From positions 30,357,129 through 30,421,128 of the forward strand of contig NC_069002.1 of assembly GCF_001194135.2 (NCBI RefSeq): a stretch of 64,000 nt of DNA, written 5' to 3'. Shown piece by piece: positions 1 through 14,900 of this stretch (position 1 is its first letter; each line of letters starts with the position of its first letter). The notes below the pieces were generated by a model that saw only the letters and a list, made by a program, of their open reading frames with translations, searched no databases and was not told the DNA's origin. Position numbers and translations under genes: made by a program. The stretch comes from Octopus bimaculoides (Eukaryota).

Positions 1-62
1 TGGAGCCTGGTGCAGTCTTCTGGCTTGCCAGTCCTCAGTCAAATCGTCCAACCCATGCTAGC

Positions 63-910
63 NNNNNNNNNNNNNNNNNNNNNNNNNNNNNNNNNNNNNN
101 NNNNNNNNNNNNNNNNNNNNNNNNNNNNNNNNNNNNNNNNNNNNNNNNNNNNNNNNNNNNNNNNNNNNNNNNNNNNNNNNNNNNNNNNNNNNNNNNNNNN
201 NNNNNNNNNNNNNNNNNNNNNNNNNNNNNNNNNNNNNNNNNNNNNNNNNNNNNNNNNNNNNNNNNNNNNNNNNNNNNNNNNNNNNNNNNNNNNNNNNNNN
301 NNNNNNNNNNNNNNNNNNNNNNNNNNNNNNNNNNNNNNNNNNNNNNNNNNNNNNNNNNNNNNNNNNNNNNNNNNNNNNNNNNNNNNNNNNNNNNNNNNNN
401 NNNNNNNNNNNNNNNNNNNNNNNNNNNNNNNNNNNNNNNNNNNNNNNNNNNNNNNNNNNNNNNNNNNNNNNNNNNNNNNNNNNNNNNNNNNNNNNNNNNN
501 NNNNNNNNNNNNNNNNNNNNNNNNNNNNNNNNNNNNNNNNNNNNNNNNNNNNNNNNNNNNNNNNNNNNNNNNNNNNNNNNNNNNNNNNNNNNNNNNNNNN
601 NNNNNNNNNNNNNNNNNNNNNNNNNNNNNNNNNNNNNNNNNNNNNNNNNNNNNNNNNNNNNNNNNNNNNNNNNNNNNNNNNNNNNNNNNNNNNNNNNNNN
701 NNNNNNNNNNNNNNNNNNNNNNNNNNNNNNNNNNNNNNNNNNNNNNNNNNNNNNNNNNNNNNNNNNNNNNNNNNNNNNNNNNNNNNNNNNNNNNNNNNNN
801 NNNNNNNNNNNNNNNNNNNNNNNNNNNNNNNNNNNNNNNNNNNNNNNNNNNNNNNNNNNNNNNNNNNNNNNNNNNNNNNNNNNNNNNNNNNNNNNNNNNN
901 NNNNNNNNNN
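63..910. other. Assembly gap (N)
   Basis: N run; other gaps at 31055-31825, 33565-33574, 40644-41474, 53578-53834. Confidence 0.99.
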
Positions 911-1160
911 ACGGGGACGTAAACACACCAGCATCGGTTGTCAAGCGAGGTTGGGGGGACAAACACAGAAACAAACACACACATACATATACATATATAC
1001 GACGGGCTTCTTTCAGTTTCCGTCGACCAAATCCACTCACAAGGCTTTGGTTGGACTGAGGCTATAGTAGAAGACACTTGCCCAAGGTGCCACGCAGTGG
1101 GACTGAACCCGGAACCATGTGGTTGGTAAGTAAGCTACTTACCACACAGCCACTCCTGCA
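911..1160 (-). mobile_element. SINE family A (tRNA head, CORE-like GGCACCTTGGGCAAGTG, internal (TA/TG)n)
   Basis: Highly repeated in window; cut by gap. Confidence 0.8.
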
Positions 1161-1489
1161 CCTAAGTCAAAATTTCAAGTGTTCCAAACACTAGATTAAC
1201 AATTATTAAGCTAATGTTTGGAACATTAATTAACTTGAAATTTGCATCATAGAACCAGAAGTGGTCTAAGGTGGGTTTGTATCAAGAAGGTTAAAGCTCA
1301 ATAGTTGAAGCAGATTAATAAAAGATGGGAGCGAGGCTGGGGTCTAGAGTATTACAGTTCTGTGAATGAATGTTCGCAATGGTAAGAGAGGAGTGATGGG
1401 TGACACAGAGAAGGAACAAACTGAAGGAACAAAAGATACGTTTACCCAGTGAACAGGGTGTCTTACTTAAACAATGGACACAACAAATA

Positions 1490-2076
1490 TTAACCGTTTA
1501 CTGTTTAAACCGGCCATATTCAACCCAAATAATTTACCTGTTTTATGTTCCAACTGGACAGATTTGGCCTCTCCCACCTACCCTACAATGTCATTCCAGA
1601 AATATACACTCACATCATTGAGATCTCAAAGCTACGAGATAATGCATGGCTGTGTGCTAAGTAGCTTGCTTACCAACCACATGGTTCCGGGTTCAGTTCT
1701 ACTGCATGGCACCTTGGGCAAGTGTCTTCTATAGCCTCGGGCCGACCAAAGCCTTGTCAGTGGATTTGGTAGATGGAAACTGAAAGAAGCCTGTCGTATA
1801 TGTATATATATGTGTGTGTGTGTGTGTATGTTTGTGTTTGTCCTCCTAGCATTGCTTGACAACCGATGCTGGTGTGTTTATGTCCCCGTCACTTAGCGGT
1901 TCGGCAAAAGAGACCGATAAAATAAGTACTAGGCTTCCAAAGAATAAGTCCCGGGGTCGATTTGCTTGACTAAAGGCGGTGCTCCAGCATGGCCACAGTC
2001 AAGTGACTTGAAACAAGTAAAAAGAGAGTAAATAAGCAATACATTTGACAAAATAATCTGAATGTTAAAGGGTTAA
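1490..2076. mobile_element. MITE D interrupted by SINE family A (1644-2031, +)
   Basis: MITE halves flank a full SINE. Confidence 0.7.
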
Positions 2077-2134
2077 ATAAAAGATAAAACGAACAGGTAA
2101 CTGTAATCCAAGAGCTACAACAGGGTCAACTCAC

Positions 2135-2276
2135 CTGAAGACCAAATTCAGCCAAAACATGGAAGTTGGTTTTCTTCATGATTTTTGCCTTTTTCTCATC
2201 ACGTCTCGGTGCTTTTGGTATAATTAAACAACTTTCTGGTTTCAAACCAGGTTCATCTTTCTTCTTATTTTTCTCC
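2135..2276 (-). CDS. UTP20: UTP20 exon 49 (EKNKKK...PESCLIIP...TNFHVLAEFGLQ); last exon seen in window
   Basis: tag/gtgagt, 142 nt, phase 2-0. Confidence 0.94.
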
Positions 2277-4796
2277 CTATAATTAAACAATTTCAAGTAG
2301 AAAAAAAAGCATCACAAATTAGAGAGAATCCTACAAATGGTTGGCATCAACAGCAATTAATCTGATACATAATTTAAAACCTAATTTACACCAAATTCCA
2401 CCTATTTTCATGGCTGATTTCATTTGTTATTCTTAATCTGATACAATTGGATTAACTGCCGTTTATTTCTTACAATTAACAGATTATCTGCCTCTCATAC
2501 AAGCTTCTGCCCTCACCATATACAGACTCTCTATCCTTCAAACATACAACAACAATAAAAAATTACAAGAGGTTTAAAGTACAAATAAAACGTCCACTTA
2601 CTGTTTACTGTTTGCTAGTAACGGCAGAGTTTGAAGGACCAAACTGTGAACAAAGATTAAGAGGTCTTTGGTTTCAAAGTCACGATTTAGTAAAAGACCA
2701 GCAAGAATCTTCTGGAGAATATTGTCAACTTTCTTAATGGTCTTTTGGTTGGAACTACTGTCGAGGATCTGGAAGAGAAATGAAGAAAGGGAAGTGAAGG
2801 CTGCAATACTGTATGTGTTTTATATTTAGTAAAGAAGACACAGTGCAATTGTACAAGCAGTAGAGCATCAGACAAAAATGCCATGTGGTACTTACCGTAA
2901 ATCCTCGAGTATAATCCGCACTTTTTCCCCAAAATTTAAAGGTCAAAATTTCTAGTGCGTACTATATACGAGGTTAAAAATGAAAAATATTTACTAAGCA
3001 ATGTCCGAGTCTCTATTTGCTGTCCGGCAACGTTTATTCAGACGCATTTTGTGATGTCGGGCTTGTAACTGATAGTGATAAATATGTAAAGGCAATTTAT
3101 TTAATATTTATTTTTCACTGTTATTTCTTTATTTTCTGTAAACAAAGTGCACAAAAAAGCTACACATTTGCATTATGTTACATATACAATCATAATAAAG
3201 GACGTTACCGTATATACGTTTACAAACCAAAGACGTTATATAGACCTCCTTGACTCAAGTTAGAAAAGGGGTGCGTATTATACACAAGGTTTAGGTTTTT
3301 CAGAGGTACAGCCCTCTAAAAATCCCCTGCGTATTATACTCAAGGATTTACGGTATGTTGGCATTTTACACGATCAATTCAAACCCTACCAACGTCAACT
3401 TGATATTTCATCCTTTCAGGGAAGCATGGGGCAAAGAAATGAAGTACCAGTGATCTATCAGGGTTGACTTAGTTGACTGCTGATTTGTGCCAGCATACAA
3501 TGATCAAGCATGGTACCACTTCCTACCTGTCTACCCCATCAACTATGAATGAGTATGACTTGGTAGCATGGACTATACTTTTGTTAATTGTGTTTAGGAG
3601 CCTGTGTATTTAGGGGCAGACATAAAGAACTTCTTGATTCTCTCCTCTTTTGAGTCAGTGGAGCATCAAGGATGTGACAGCGGCTGAGAGAGAGTACTAG
3701 GATGGTACTCATTTACAGCCGAGTAGACTGTAACCAGTAAAAGAATATAACTACATCTATACATGTGTATATATGTGTGTGTGTTTGTGAGTGTGTGTCT
3801 GTATATGACAGGCTTCTTTCAATTTGCATCTACCATGTTCACTCACAAGGATTTGGTTGGCCCAGGATTATAGTAGAAAACACCTGTCCAAGCTGCAGGC
3901 TGCCACACAGTGGGATCTCAGGTAAAGTACCCCACAGACCAAAAGGTAATGTAGTTCAACAGAAACATGGCAATAGAAGGATTAAAAACAAAACAACAAG
4001 TTATGAAATTAAAATACCCATTAAAAAAAAAAACCACCACCAGGTATTATTTTCACCCCACCCTCACAGGCCATATTGTAGAAATATAATAATCAGACTT
4101 ACGTCTTTGAGAGGAGCAATCAACTGAGTAACATGACTTTTGGTGATGAATCTGGCCAGGAATCCGTACGAGTAAACGCTTTTACAGGTCTGAGCTTCTA
4201 TAAAGTTGGACGTGATGGCATCAACCGTTTTCTCTTCGGCAACCATTCCAAAGATGTCTTCATTAAAAATCTGGACAGAATGTAACAAGGAAATAAAATT
4301 ATATTAACTCGGACGAAATAATTGTTTTTCTTCTTTTTTTTATTTGATAGCAGAAATACGATGGACCCATTTTTTGCTCACCATGCAGTTGGGGAGCAAA
4401 CCCCAGCCAAACCCAGAAAACAATTACCACAAGACATTTCATGTGACTGGTATAATGGATAGTAGTGGTGGTGGTGGTGGTGGTGGTAACAAGAACAACT
4501 CTTTCTACTACAGACACAAGTCCCGAAATTCTGTGAGGAAGGTTTAAGTTGATTACATCAACCCCAGTATCTGACTGGTATTTATTTTATCAAACTCGAA
4601 AGAATGAAAGTAGTAGTAGTAGTGGTAGTAGTAGTAGTAGTGGTAGTAGTAGTAGTAGTAGTAGTAATAATAATACTCACTTCAATTAAACTCTTACAAC
4701 AAGGGTTCAAATCTCCGGCTTTCAACTGTCCCACCATTGCATTGAGTACGGAATGGACGGTGAATCCAAGAATGTGAAGCTGTTGGAGGAGAAGAA

Positions 4797-4827
<31 letters not shown>

Positions 4828-6819
4828 GCACTCATCACTGCCAACATCATTGCCGTAACAGCCATGTCTCTCTCTCTTTTACTCTCTTGCTTTCTCCCTC
4901 CCCCTTCTCCCTCAACCTCATCTTCTCCACAAGCTCTACCTGCCAGTCAACACTTCCTCTTATGCAAACACACAACCTATCACTTGCAATACAACCGAAT
5001 TTGTAATATACAACATTTCAAAGTATGTATACACACACACGTGTGTATGTGTGTGTCTATACATCAATCATCATCATCATCATTGTTTTCAATGTCCACT
5101 TTTTCCATGCTTGTATGGAATTTGGAATCTGTTGAGGCAGGTTTTCTACAGCTAGATGTCCTTCCTGTCACCAACCCTCACCCGTTTCCATTGAAGTAAT
5201 ATTTCCCCATGGTTGGACAACTTTTCGCAAAAGATTTGAAAACAAAGGACACCGCCTGTATGAAGGTGATGCTGATTTACAACAATCACATGATGTAAAG
5301 ATAAAGAGATACCAAGTCACACATATATATATATACGATGGGCTTCTTTCAGTTTCCACCAAGCAAAGCTTTGCAAATGTGTATGTTCATTATATATAAT
5401 GAATATTTGTAGCCTAGTTGTTAGGAGTGTTGGGCTCATGATCATAATGTTGTGGGTTCATTTCTTGGATTGGGAAGTGCATTGTGTCCTTGAGCCAACC
5501 ATAGCCTTTTGCAAAGCTTTGGTTAACCTGGGGCTATAGTAAAAGACACTTGCCTATGGTGCCATGCAGTGGAATTGAACCAGGAAGCAAATGGTTTGAG
5601 AAGCAAACTTCTTAGCCACACAACCATGCCATGTATGTATATATGTATGTATGTATGTACATACATGTGTATGAATGTGTGTGTGAATGTTTGGAGGCAC
5701 AAATGTTTACATTCTGCATGCTTCATGTGAAAAAACACCAAGCTACAATAGGAGATGACGTTTGTTGACATTTCCCTGTCAACAAATCCTTCACTGGTTC
5801 AGTGCTTTTGAAAACATGGAATAGATCTGTTATTTGAAAACAGCTAAGGGTTTGTAACAGGAAGAACATCCAGCTGTAAAACTGTGCTTCAATATCATAT
5901 TTATCTAACACATGTTTGCATGGAAAAACAAACACAAAAGCAAATAAATATTGACTTTGGTTTACTAAACTTTTTTGAAAATTTAGATTCTATAACTAAC
6001 TCTCACACACACTGTTTTCTCTTTCCTGTTCTCCACTTACCTGGTAACCTCTGGAAAGGGCTGAACGTAACTCATACGTAATGCAAGGTAAGTAACTGGG
6101 ACCAATTACTGTGGCAATCTTTGTGAGGGTGTCTCGAGCTGATTTTCGTATGTCAAGAGAACGAGATCTTAAAAACTCACATATTCGCAGGATCACTCTG
6201 AAATGAAGTGAAAATTTTAAAAAATTAATAAAACCAGATATGAGTATGTCATTAAGAAGTTTGGAACCATGAAGTTCTAGGTTCAATACTACCTGTCTCC
6301 TACATATATTTATCTAAGAGTTAGCTACTTGGTTAGTGATAGAAGACTACATTGACAGCAGCTCTATGTGATCTGCCTACAATACACTTAAAGACCACAA
6401 ATCTAATTTTCTTTCCAATCTTAAAAGCGAGGCTCATTGGCCCAACTAAATTTCAGAGACATAATAGTTAAATACATGATGTTGTCAATTCCGATATCAA
6501 AATGGCTGCTGGATTAGTTCACTAGCATTACAGGGATGCTAATATGGACTGATTACTGGTAAAGAGAACTATGCAACCTGCAGGTTCACCCAATTTGATA
6601 TTGTGGAATCAGCGAGGTTGTTGCCATTGCTGCTGGACTGGCTCCTGCGCAGGTGGCACGTAAAAAGCACCCACTACACTCTGAGTGGTTGGCGTTAGGA
6701 AAGGCATCCAGCTGTAGAATCTCTGCCAAATCAGATTGGAGCCTGGTGTAGCCATCTGGTTTCACCAGTCCTCAGTCAAATCGTCCAACCCATGCTAGCA
6801 TGGAAAGTGGACGTTAAAC

Positions 6820-6850
<31 letters not shown>

Positions 6851-8050
6851 TCTTGCAAGCTACTTGGTGAATCCATGGGTGCTGGTGCCACATAAAAAGA
6901 ACTCATGTTGGTACCACATAAAAAGCATCCAGTACACTCTGTCAAGTGGTTTGTGTTAGGAAGGGCATCCAGCCATAGAAACCATGCCACAACAGACAAA
7001 TGGAGCCTAGTGAACCTCCCTGGCTTGCCAGCTCCTATCAAACCATTCAACCCATACCAGCATGGAAAACAGACATTAAATGATGATGATAATGATGATG
7101 ATGATGATCTTTCTATATTCAAACAGAAGGGTATGCAGGTATTTTAAAAATACCCCATGAACTGTCAACTGTGACCTGCATTGTTGCAGATGCTCTTTGG
7201 CAAGATATAGGACCTGTTCAGTCACCCTGCTAGGGATACAGAGAAGTCATGGGACTGAAGCATGGAAGATTGTGAAGAGGTAGTGGAAGAGCTGAACTGA
7301 CCCAATGGTGCTTCTGACCTTAATGTTGGGCAGAGGAATCCTAGAAGATCAACGATCAGGATCACTAAGATCTATCAAGAGAATAACTGTGATGCTTCCA
7401 CAGGGGTGGCATCCGTGGTTATGTGATCAGCTAATGAAAGATTGACTATGACCTAAGCTCCCAACTGAAATTCATAATAATGGAATTGGATGGCAACAGA
7501 ATAATGGGAATCCTCAAAAGCAATGAAAATGAAGATTTCAACTGAAATATGGTAACAAAAGGGTTAAATATAGACACAAGCATGGCTGTGTGGTAAGAAG
7601 CTTGCTTCCCAACCACATAGCTCTGAGTACAGCCCCACTGTATGGGACCTTGGGTAAAAGTCTTCTACTGTAGCCTCAGTCTGACCAAAGCCTTGTGAGT
7701 GGATCTGGTAGATGGAAACTGAAAGAAGCCCATTGAATATGTGTATATGTATGTGTATGTATGTGTGTGTATGTGTGTGTGTATGTATGTATGTGTATAT
7801 GTATGCATGTATGTATTTACGTATTCTGTGTTTGCCCCCTCCCCACTCGTTGCCGCTTGACAACTGGTGTTGGTGTTTATGTGCCTGTAACCTAGCAGTT
7901 CGGCAAAAGGGACCGACAGATTTAGTACCGGGCTTTAAAAGAATGTCCTGGGGTCGATCTGTTCGACTATAACCCTTCAAGGTGGTGCTCCAGCATGACC
8001 GCAGTCACATGACTGAAACAAGTCAAAGAATAACATATACATACATACAG

Positions 8051-8114
<64 letters not shown>

Positions 8115-11100
8115 CATCGGCACCCAATACAAACAACAAGGAAAAGGACTTAGAAGAATAATTACTTTGGTAAGAAAGACTTGAGAGAATCTCTGGGGAC
8201 AACATGTAACAGTTTGACGATTGCCAGGGCAACAGGAACTCGGACAATCTCGAATTCTTCTGCGATAGATTTCTTGGCCAACTTGTGCTCACTTTCACTT
8301 TTCACCTAGAAAAAAAACAAGAAAACGAAAACAAAAACAAATATATATATATATATTTTACTCTTTTACTTGTTTCAATCATTTCACTGTGGCCATACTG
8401 GAGCACCGTCTTTACTCGAATAAATCGACTTATTCTTTCTAAGCCCAGTACTTATTCCATCGGTCTCTTTCTGCTGAACTGCCAAGTAACGGGGACATAA
8501 ATCACACCAACATCGGTTGCCAGGCGATGGTGGAGGGACAAACACACACACACACATACAATGGGCTTCTTTCAGTCTTCGTCTACCAAATCTACTCACA
8601 AGGCTGAACCCGGAACCATGTGGTTGGAAAGCAACACACAAAAAAATGCATAATTTTCTATTCTTTTACATTTATTTCCACCTTAAATATCTAAATTAAT
8701 TGAGTTTTTACTCAAAGATTATAACTATAGCCTCAGGCCAACCAAAGCCTTTGTGAATGGATTTGGTAGATAGAAACTGAAAGAAGCCCATCACTTATAT
8801 GTGTGTGTGCGTGCATTTGTGTGAGTACCCCACCACAGCTTCACAACCAGTACTGATGTGTTTACGTCTCTGTAAATTAGCAATCCAGCAAAAGAGACTG
8901 TTTAAATGAGTACGACACTTGCAAAAACCAGAAGTACTGGGGGTCGATTCATTTGACTAAAAATTCTTCAAGGCACTGCCCCAGCATGGCCCTAGTCTTT
9001 TGACTGAAACAAGTAAAAGATAAAAGATAAACAAACACATAATCACAACATTTCCAAAGAACTGTCGCAAGGCATCTTTCGCTACCCGCACCCCATCCCT
9101 ACACACACCTGCCTTATACCGACGCCATGCTAACAATGCCGTTCTACATTGGCTTAATTCTCAAAAGGAGAATGAAATTTCCCTTACTTTCTTCACAAGA
9201 ACTTTGTACAACATCGGAATGATGTTCCTGAGAATTGTCTTGTGGATAACGTTCGCCATTTCTTCAGGACAGACCAAGAGCTTTACGACATTTCCTTTGT
9301 TGTCTTTAACTTCGCTGTAATTGGCATCAGTCAATTCTTCAACAGTCCCGACAGGAGAACCATCATCATTGTCATCATTGTCGTCATCATTATTGTCAGC
9401 ATCATTATCATCATCATCATCATTTAGTCCGGTCTGTTCTGTACTCCCTGCAAATAGAAACAAAAGTACAAGAGTACTACAATATAATGATTGTGTTCTT
9501 AAGAAGTTCGTTTTCCTTCCATGCTGTTCGGGGTCCAATCCTAGTGCATGGTACCGGGGACATTTAATTGCATTTCACTGCAGCCCTGGATCAACCAATA
9601 TCCTATGACTGGAATTTGGTAGACAGTTAAGATGGTGTCGAGTACACAAACACAAACAAGAGACATTGAGGCAACCTCGACATGGACACTCAACCTATTA
9701 GAAATAGCAGCCATGTCTCCCTCACATCATACCTGTGTCTTAAGAGTAAAAAACAAAAAAGGCAAAGCTACATTGGATAATTCAGTTGTGGATTCAACAT
9801 ATGAAACCAAGATAGGATGGTCACATCTGGATTGCCTCTGATCATAACTCTGATCAAAGCTGACCTGGAGTTATACACAAGAAGAGGCACAACACAACGT
9901 TGTATGGAGTAGTCACAGAATTGACCTGGGGTTATAAACAACAGCACAAACAACAAAAGTTATGTGGGATGGCCACAGTTGGAATATCTTTGACCAGAGC
10001 TGAACTGTGGTTATAATCAACAACAGCAGCAACAAACACAAAGTCGTAGATACAAACCTTGGTTGTCTTGTAAGTATTTCCCAAACGGTCCTTTGTCTTG
10101 GTCACTCTCATAGCTACTGTTGGACAAATCAAAGTGGAAACGGTCCAGAATGGTCACCACAACCCTGCAGGAGAGACACAAACAGCAAAAGAATAAGACA
10201 TAACGATTGTATAACAACAACAACAATAATAATAATAATCCTTTCTACTAGAGGCACAAGGCTTGAAATTTTGGGGAGAGGGGGCCAAACACAGAAAGCT
10301 AAATCCATCAGAATGTAGCAGAATAAATTCTACCAGACTGTCAATCTCTTCATGTATACACACACACACACACACACGTCGCCACTGATGTTGTCATCAT
10401 CATCATTGTTTTAATGTCCACTTTTTTATGCTTGCATGGACTGGACAGGATTTACTGAAGCAAGTTTTCTACAGTTGGATGCTCTTGCTGTCACTAACTC
10501 TCACCTGTTTCTAAGTAATATTTTCCCCTAGTTTGGACATGCTGTATTTATGATTAGGAGACAGAAACACACACTTATACAATGGATTTCTTTTCAGTTT
10601 CTGTCTGGCAAATTCATTCACAAGGTCCTGACTAGCCCAGGATTATAACAGAAAACCCTTGTCCAAGGTGCATAAATAGATGTTACTATATCTTTCCTTC
10701 ATCATCTCAATCAAAGAATTCCTTGCATACTCACCTGACCAAAATCTTTTGGTTCTGACTTTTGTTGTTCTTTGGCATTACCATTTTCTTCACATAAAAC
10801 CGAAGTTGTTGCAGATAAACCTTCCATGATATCAGACCACAAAGGGAGCCCAAAAGCTCAATGGCCCTCTCCTGGATCCCTTCCATCTGTTTGTGCTCCC
10901 TCTGTATAATGCTCGATGCCAGTGGGAGGAGGTAACGAGTGAGGGCCTCCTGTGACATGTTGTAACTGCCGAGTTTTGCTGCCAGGCGGCGCAGGGCTCG
11001 AGACCGTCTCTGTACCTGTAAGAGAAGTGGAAGTGAGACAACACTGAAGAAGACCACAACTAAGTCAGTTTAGTGGAAATTGCAATGTACCACCTCATGG

Positions 11101-11955
11101 TACCTATTTACAACAATGTTACCTGGGCCATCACAGACATCTTGGTTGCAATATTTGTCAGATATTGGCACAGCCGAACACTTAAATATATGCACCTTGC
11201 AGACTTCCTTACGTTGCTATTCCAACAATTACAACACCCTCCCCTTGCAAGCTTTCTCATCATGCTATTCCAACAATTGCAACACTCTCCCCTTGCAGGC
11301 TTTCTTATCATGCTATTCCAATAATTGCAACACCCTTCCTTTGTAAACTTTCTCCTCTTGCTGTTCTAACAATTGTAACACCCTCCCCTTGCAAGCTTTC
11401 TTACCTTGATGTTCTTCATATTCTCAAAGAAATCAATATCTTTATCGTTGTCCGTCAGCTTAACGAGATCATCAAACGGTTTCACGGAAGAGAATTTTAC
11501 AACAATTGCTCGCAAGATTGTGAAATATTCTCGGCAAATGCCCTGCAAATTAAGACAAATGACATTGTTAATTAATTAATTGCCAATATCAGCAAACAAA
11601 AAAAAAAAAGAAAAAGAAAGCTGAATCACTGCAGTGACCCTTAATCACAGGCATCTAGGGATCTAATCCTCTCCTCATCTATTTCTATGAATTTAGAGAA
11701 CCAAATGGATTTTCATCTCATGAAAGGGAAAAAAAAAAGGGTGGAGTGGGGGAGGGCAGGGAGGATTATGGTGATAAAAATAAAGAATTATTGTTTCAGC
11801 TGCCTCAATAAGGTCCTTCTGCGGCATGCGAGTATAGAAAAGTGTTAAAATGATGATGATAAGACAATGGTTGTGGTGGTGGTGGTGGAAAGTGGCAACA
11901 ATCGTATTAGCAAGGAGGATGATGATGATGATGATGGTGGTGATGATGATGGTGG

Positions 11956-11989
<34 letters not shown>

Positions 11990-14900
11990 GATGGCAATGA
12001 TGATGATGATGATGGTAGTGGCAATGATGACGATAGTGGTGATGATGATGGTGGTCGTGATGATGACGATAGTGGGGGTAACAACTGATGACGATGATAA
12101 CAACAGATTTTTCACAATTGCTTGGAGAAGAATTCTTACCTGGATAGGATTTTTGATGCCATGTTTCACTTTCGGCAGAAGAGTCTTAATAATGATTTCA
12201 TTAAAGATGTGTTTCTCTGACGAAGAACCAGTGAGTTTGTTGATAATGTTTAGTAAACACTGCGTACTGCTGTTGCGTATGGAAAGATCATCAACCTGTA
12301 TGGGAAAGTCAAAGGAATAACATATAAGACAGAGAAATAAGATATAAGACAGAGAAATAAGATATAAGACAGAGAAATAAGATATAAGACAGAGAAATAA
12401 GATATAAGTTGCAGAAATATCATATAAGATTCAGAAATAATACACAATGATTATTGGTAAGACATGAAGGGAAAAATCTGATAGGAATGTGTTTAAGTCT
12501 GTGTTAAATGTAAAGTAGAAAAAAAAACTGTCAGATTAAATTTCTATGAAGTAATGATGAGGGATTCTATAGAGCTGCTCCAGATGTGTTTAATGAAGAA
12601 TTCAAACATTTCTGATATTAAATTTGGCCTGTGAGACAGAGAGAGGAAGAGAGACAGAAAGAAGAGAGTGGGTTAGCTGACACGGAAGACTGGAAGCCAT
12701 CTGAATATTGGGAAAGAGTTACCTGTATCAGGATGATTTGTGCCGGGAATCAAAATGCCGACAAAATGCTCTGTGGAGTCTGTAAAGGGTATAAGATGTG
12801 ACATGGACATCATGGAAACCAAGTTCTCCCAAACTGTGATGGTCTTTAGGTGCATCTCGAGGGAGGGTGATGTCATGCCAACCCATATTTTTGAACAAAA
12901 CTTTAGGCTTAGTTCAGACAGCTTTGCAAAGTTGCTGGAGATTGTGGGCAAATCCTGGCTGGAAGGGGTCACTGCTGAAAGGCCATATGTGAAGCAGCAG
13001 GATTAGGCTCCTTGCCATACCCCAAGAAAGAGTCAGAAGTGGTCGTTGGAGAATTTCTATGACATCACCAGCCCCAATTTCTGGCCTCCTAATTTACCCC
13101 AACTGTAAATCCCATGGATTGCTATGTGTGGGGCGCAGTTGAGAAAGACACCAACCACTCTGCGTGTAACACCAAGGCTAAGCTGGTGACCAAAATCAAG
13201 GAGATGCTTGAAGCCCTTCCCTGAGACAGTGAGAATCACATGCTCCAGGTTCCAGAGTTGTGTTGAAGCTGTAATGGAATCTGAGGGCAGCTACTCTGAG
13301 TCAACTGTTATTTCCCAACCATAATTTACTTTTTTACTCTTTTACTTGTTTCAGTCATTTGACTGCGACCATGCTGGAGCACCGCCTTTAGTCGAGCAAA
13401 TCGACCCCAGGGTTTATTCTTTGTAAGCCTAATACTTATTCTATCGGTCTCTTTTGCCGAACCGCTAAGTTACGGGGACGTAAACACACCACCATCGGTT
13501 GTCAAGCGACGGTGGGGGGGGGGACAAACACAGACACACAGACATATATATACATATACATATATACGACAGGCTTCTTTCAGTTTCTGTCTACCAAATC
13601 CACTCACAAGGCTTTGGTCAGCCTGAGGCTATAGTAGAAGACACTTGCCCAAGGTGCCACGCAATGGGACTGAACCCAGAACCATGTGGTTGGTAAGCAA
13701 GCTTATCTTTTCAAAATACTTTTATTTTTGGATGAATATTGTGTTTTATTTTCCTTGTGTGAAAAATTTAGCTCAAATGCCATTTATACATTTACTAATG
13801 GTGTCACAGGGGAGGATAACAATACAGATCCCAAACTGTTTGGTAGGGGTACCCAACCTAGTGTAACACCCAGCACCAGCGACTTGCACTGATACAGATA
13901 TGGTTCATTTTTGGGGTATTGTTGCTGGGTATTGTTGATGGTAAAGACAGAAGACAAGGAAGAACAATAATGAAGAATAAGCAAATGGAATGAATTTTGG
14001 CAAAAGAAAGAGAATGAAAATAATAAATAAAAATGTGGAGTGAATACTGACAGTGGAAATAAAATGGCAGCAGTTGTAGATAATTGGAACAATGAAATCT
14101 GTGTCCAAGACTTCCATTTTGGTAATTAATTTGGAAGCAGTATTGAAGGCAGAAAGACGTCTGTCGTAATCAATTTCTTCAAGTTTCTTGGGATTCCAAG
14201 AGTTGAGCTACAAGAAAAATGAGAGAGATATACACAGAGACATGAGTATATAAATGTATACACATACAGAGATATGAATATACAGACACATATACACACA
14301 GTGGTATGAATATAGAGATACATAAACACAGGCATAGAATCACATGCAGTTGCCTGTCTGTCTGTTCAATATCATAGAATACAAATGCATACATATGCAC
14401 ATATGCATACATATATACATACATAGACACACATACACACATATATATACAAACATACACACATACATACATGCATAAATATACACATACACGCACACAT
14501 ATAGATACTTGCACACATACATGTATACATATGCACATAATGCATACACACACACATACATACAAGGGCTAGCTGTGAGAGAAATATTTAGAATGTAAAT
14601 ATGTTCCATCTATGTTTCTGATGCAAAGAAAAAAAGTGGTAGGGGGAGTCTCCTGGCAGATTGTTTCATGGTTCGTTGACTGCGACTGCTTCAATAAGTT
14701 AGTGTGGTGAGTTTTAGTTTTACAAATAGGGAGAGATAACTGTGATAGATTGGCAGCTTATCCAGGAGAGGCTTGTCTTCCATCTATTTAATGCCACAGA
14801 AATCAGAGATAAACACAATGTAACCTTAGTGAGCCATGGAAGTCACAAGCCAAAGAGAGAGCCAGTACGTGGTCACTTGATTCGCTAGAAACAGCAGTTA

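Noticed and set aside
10-1077. Long ORFs spanning N runs (also 30924-31945, 40495-41563, 53483-53956)
   Set aside because: Artefacts of translating gaps; only 53891-53950 is a real exon
11044-11090. CTGAAGA...GAAA-TTGCAAT with palindromic stem III
   Set aside because: Position 17 is G, stem II does not close at 10.1-11.1, no stem I
11693-12320. Poly-M/V/H/S/D ORFs (also 32663-33202 +, 14179-14609, 23969-24319)
   Set aside because: Translations of microsatellites or the antisense of exon 23
11199-12408. Tandem repeats as CRISPR arrays
   Set aside because: No unique spacers; eukaryotic intron context
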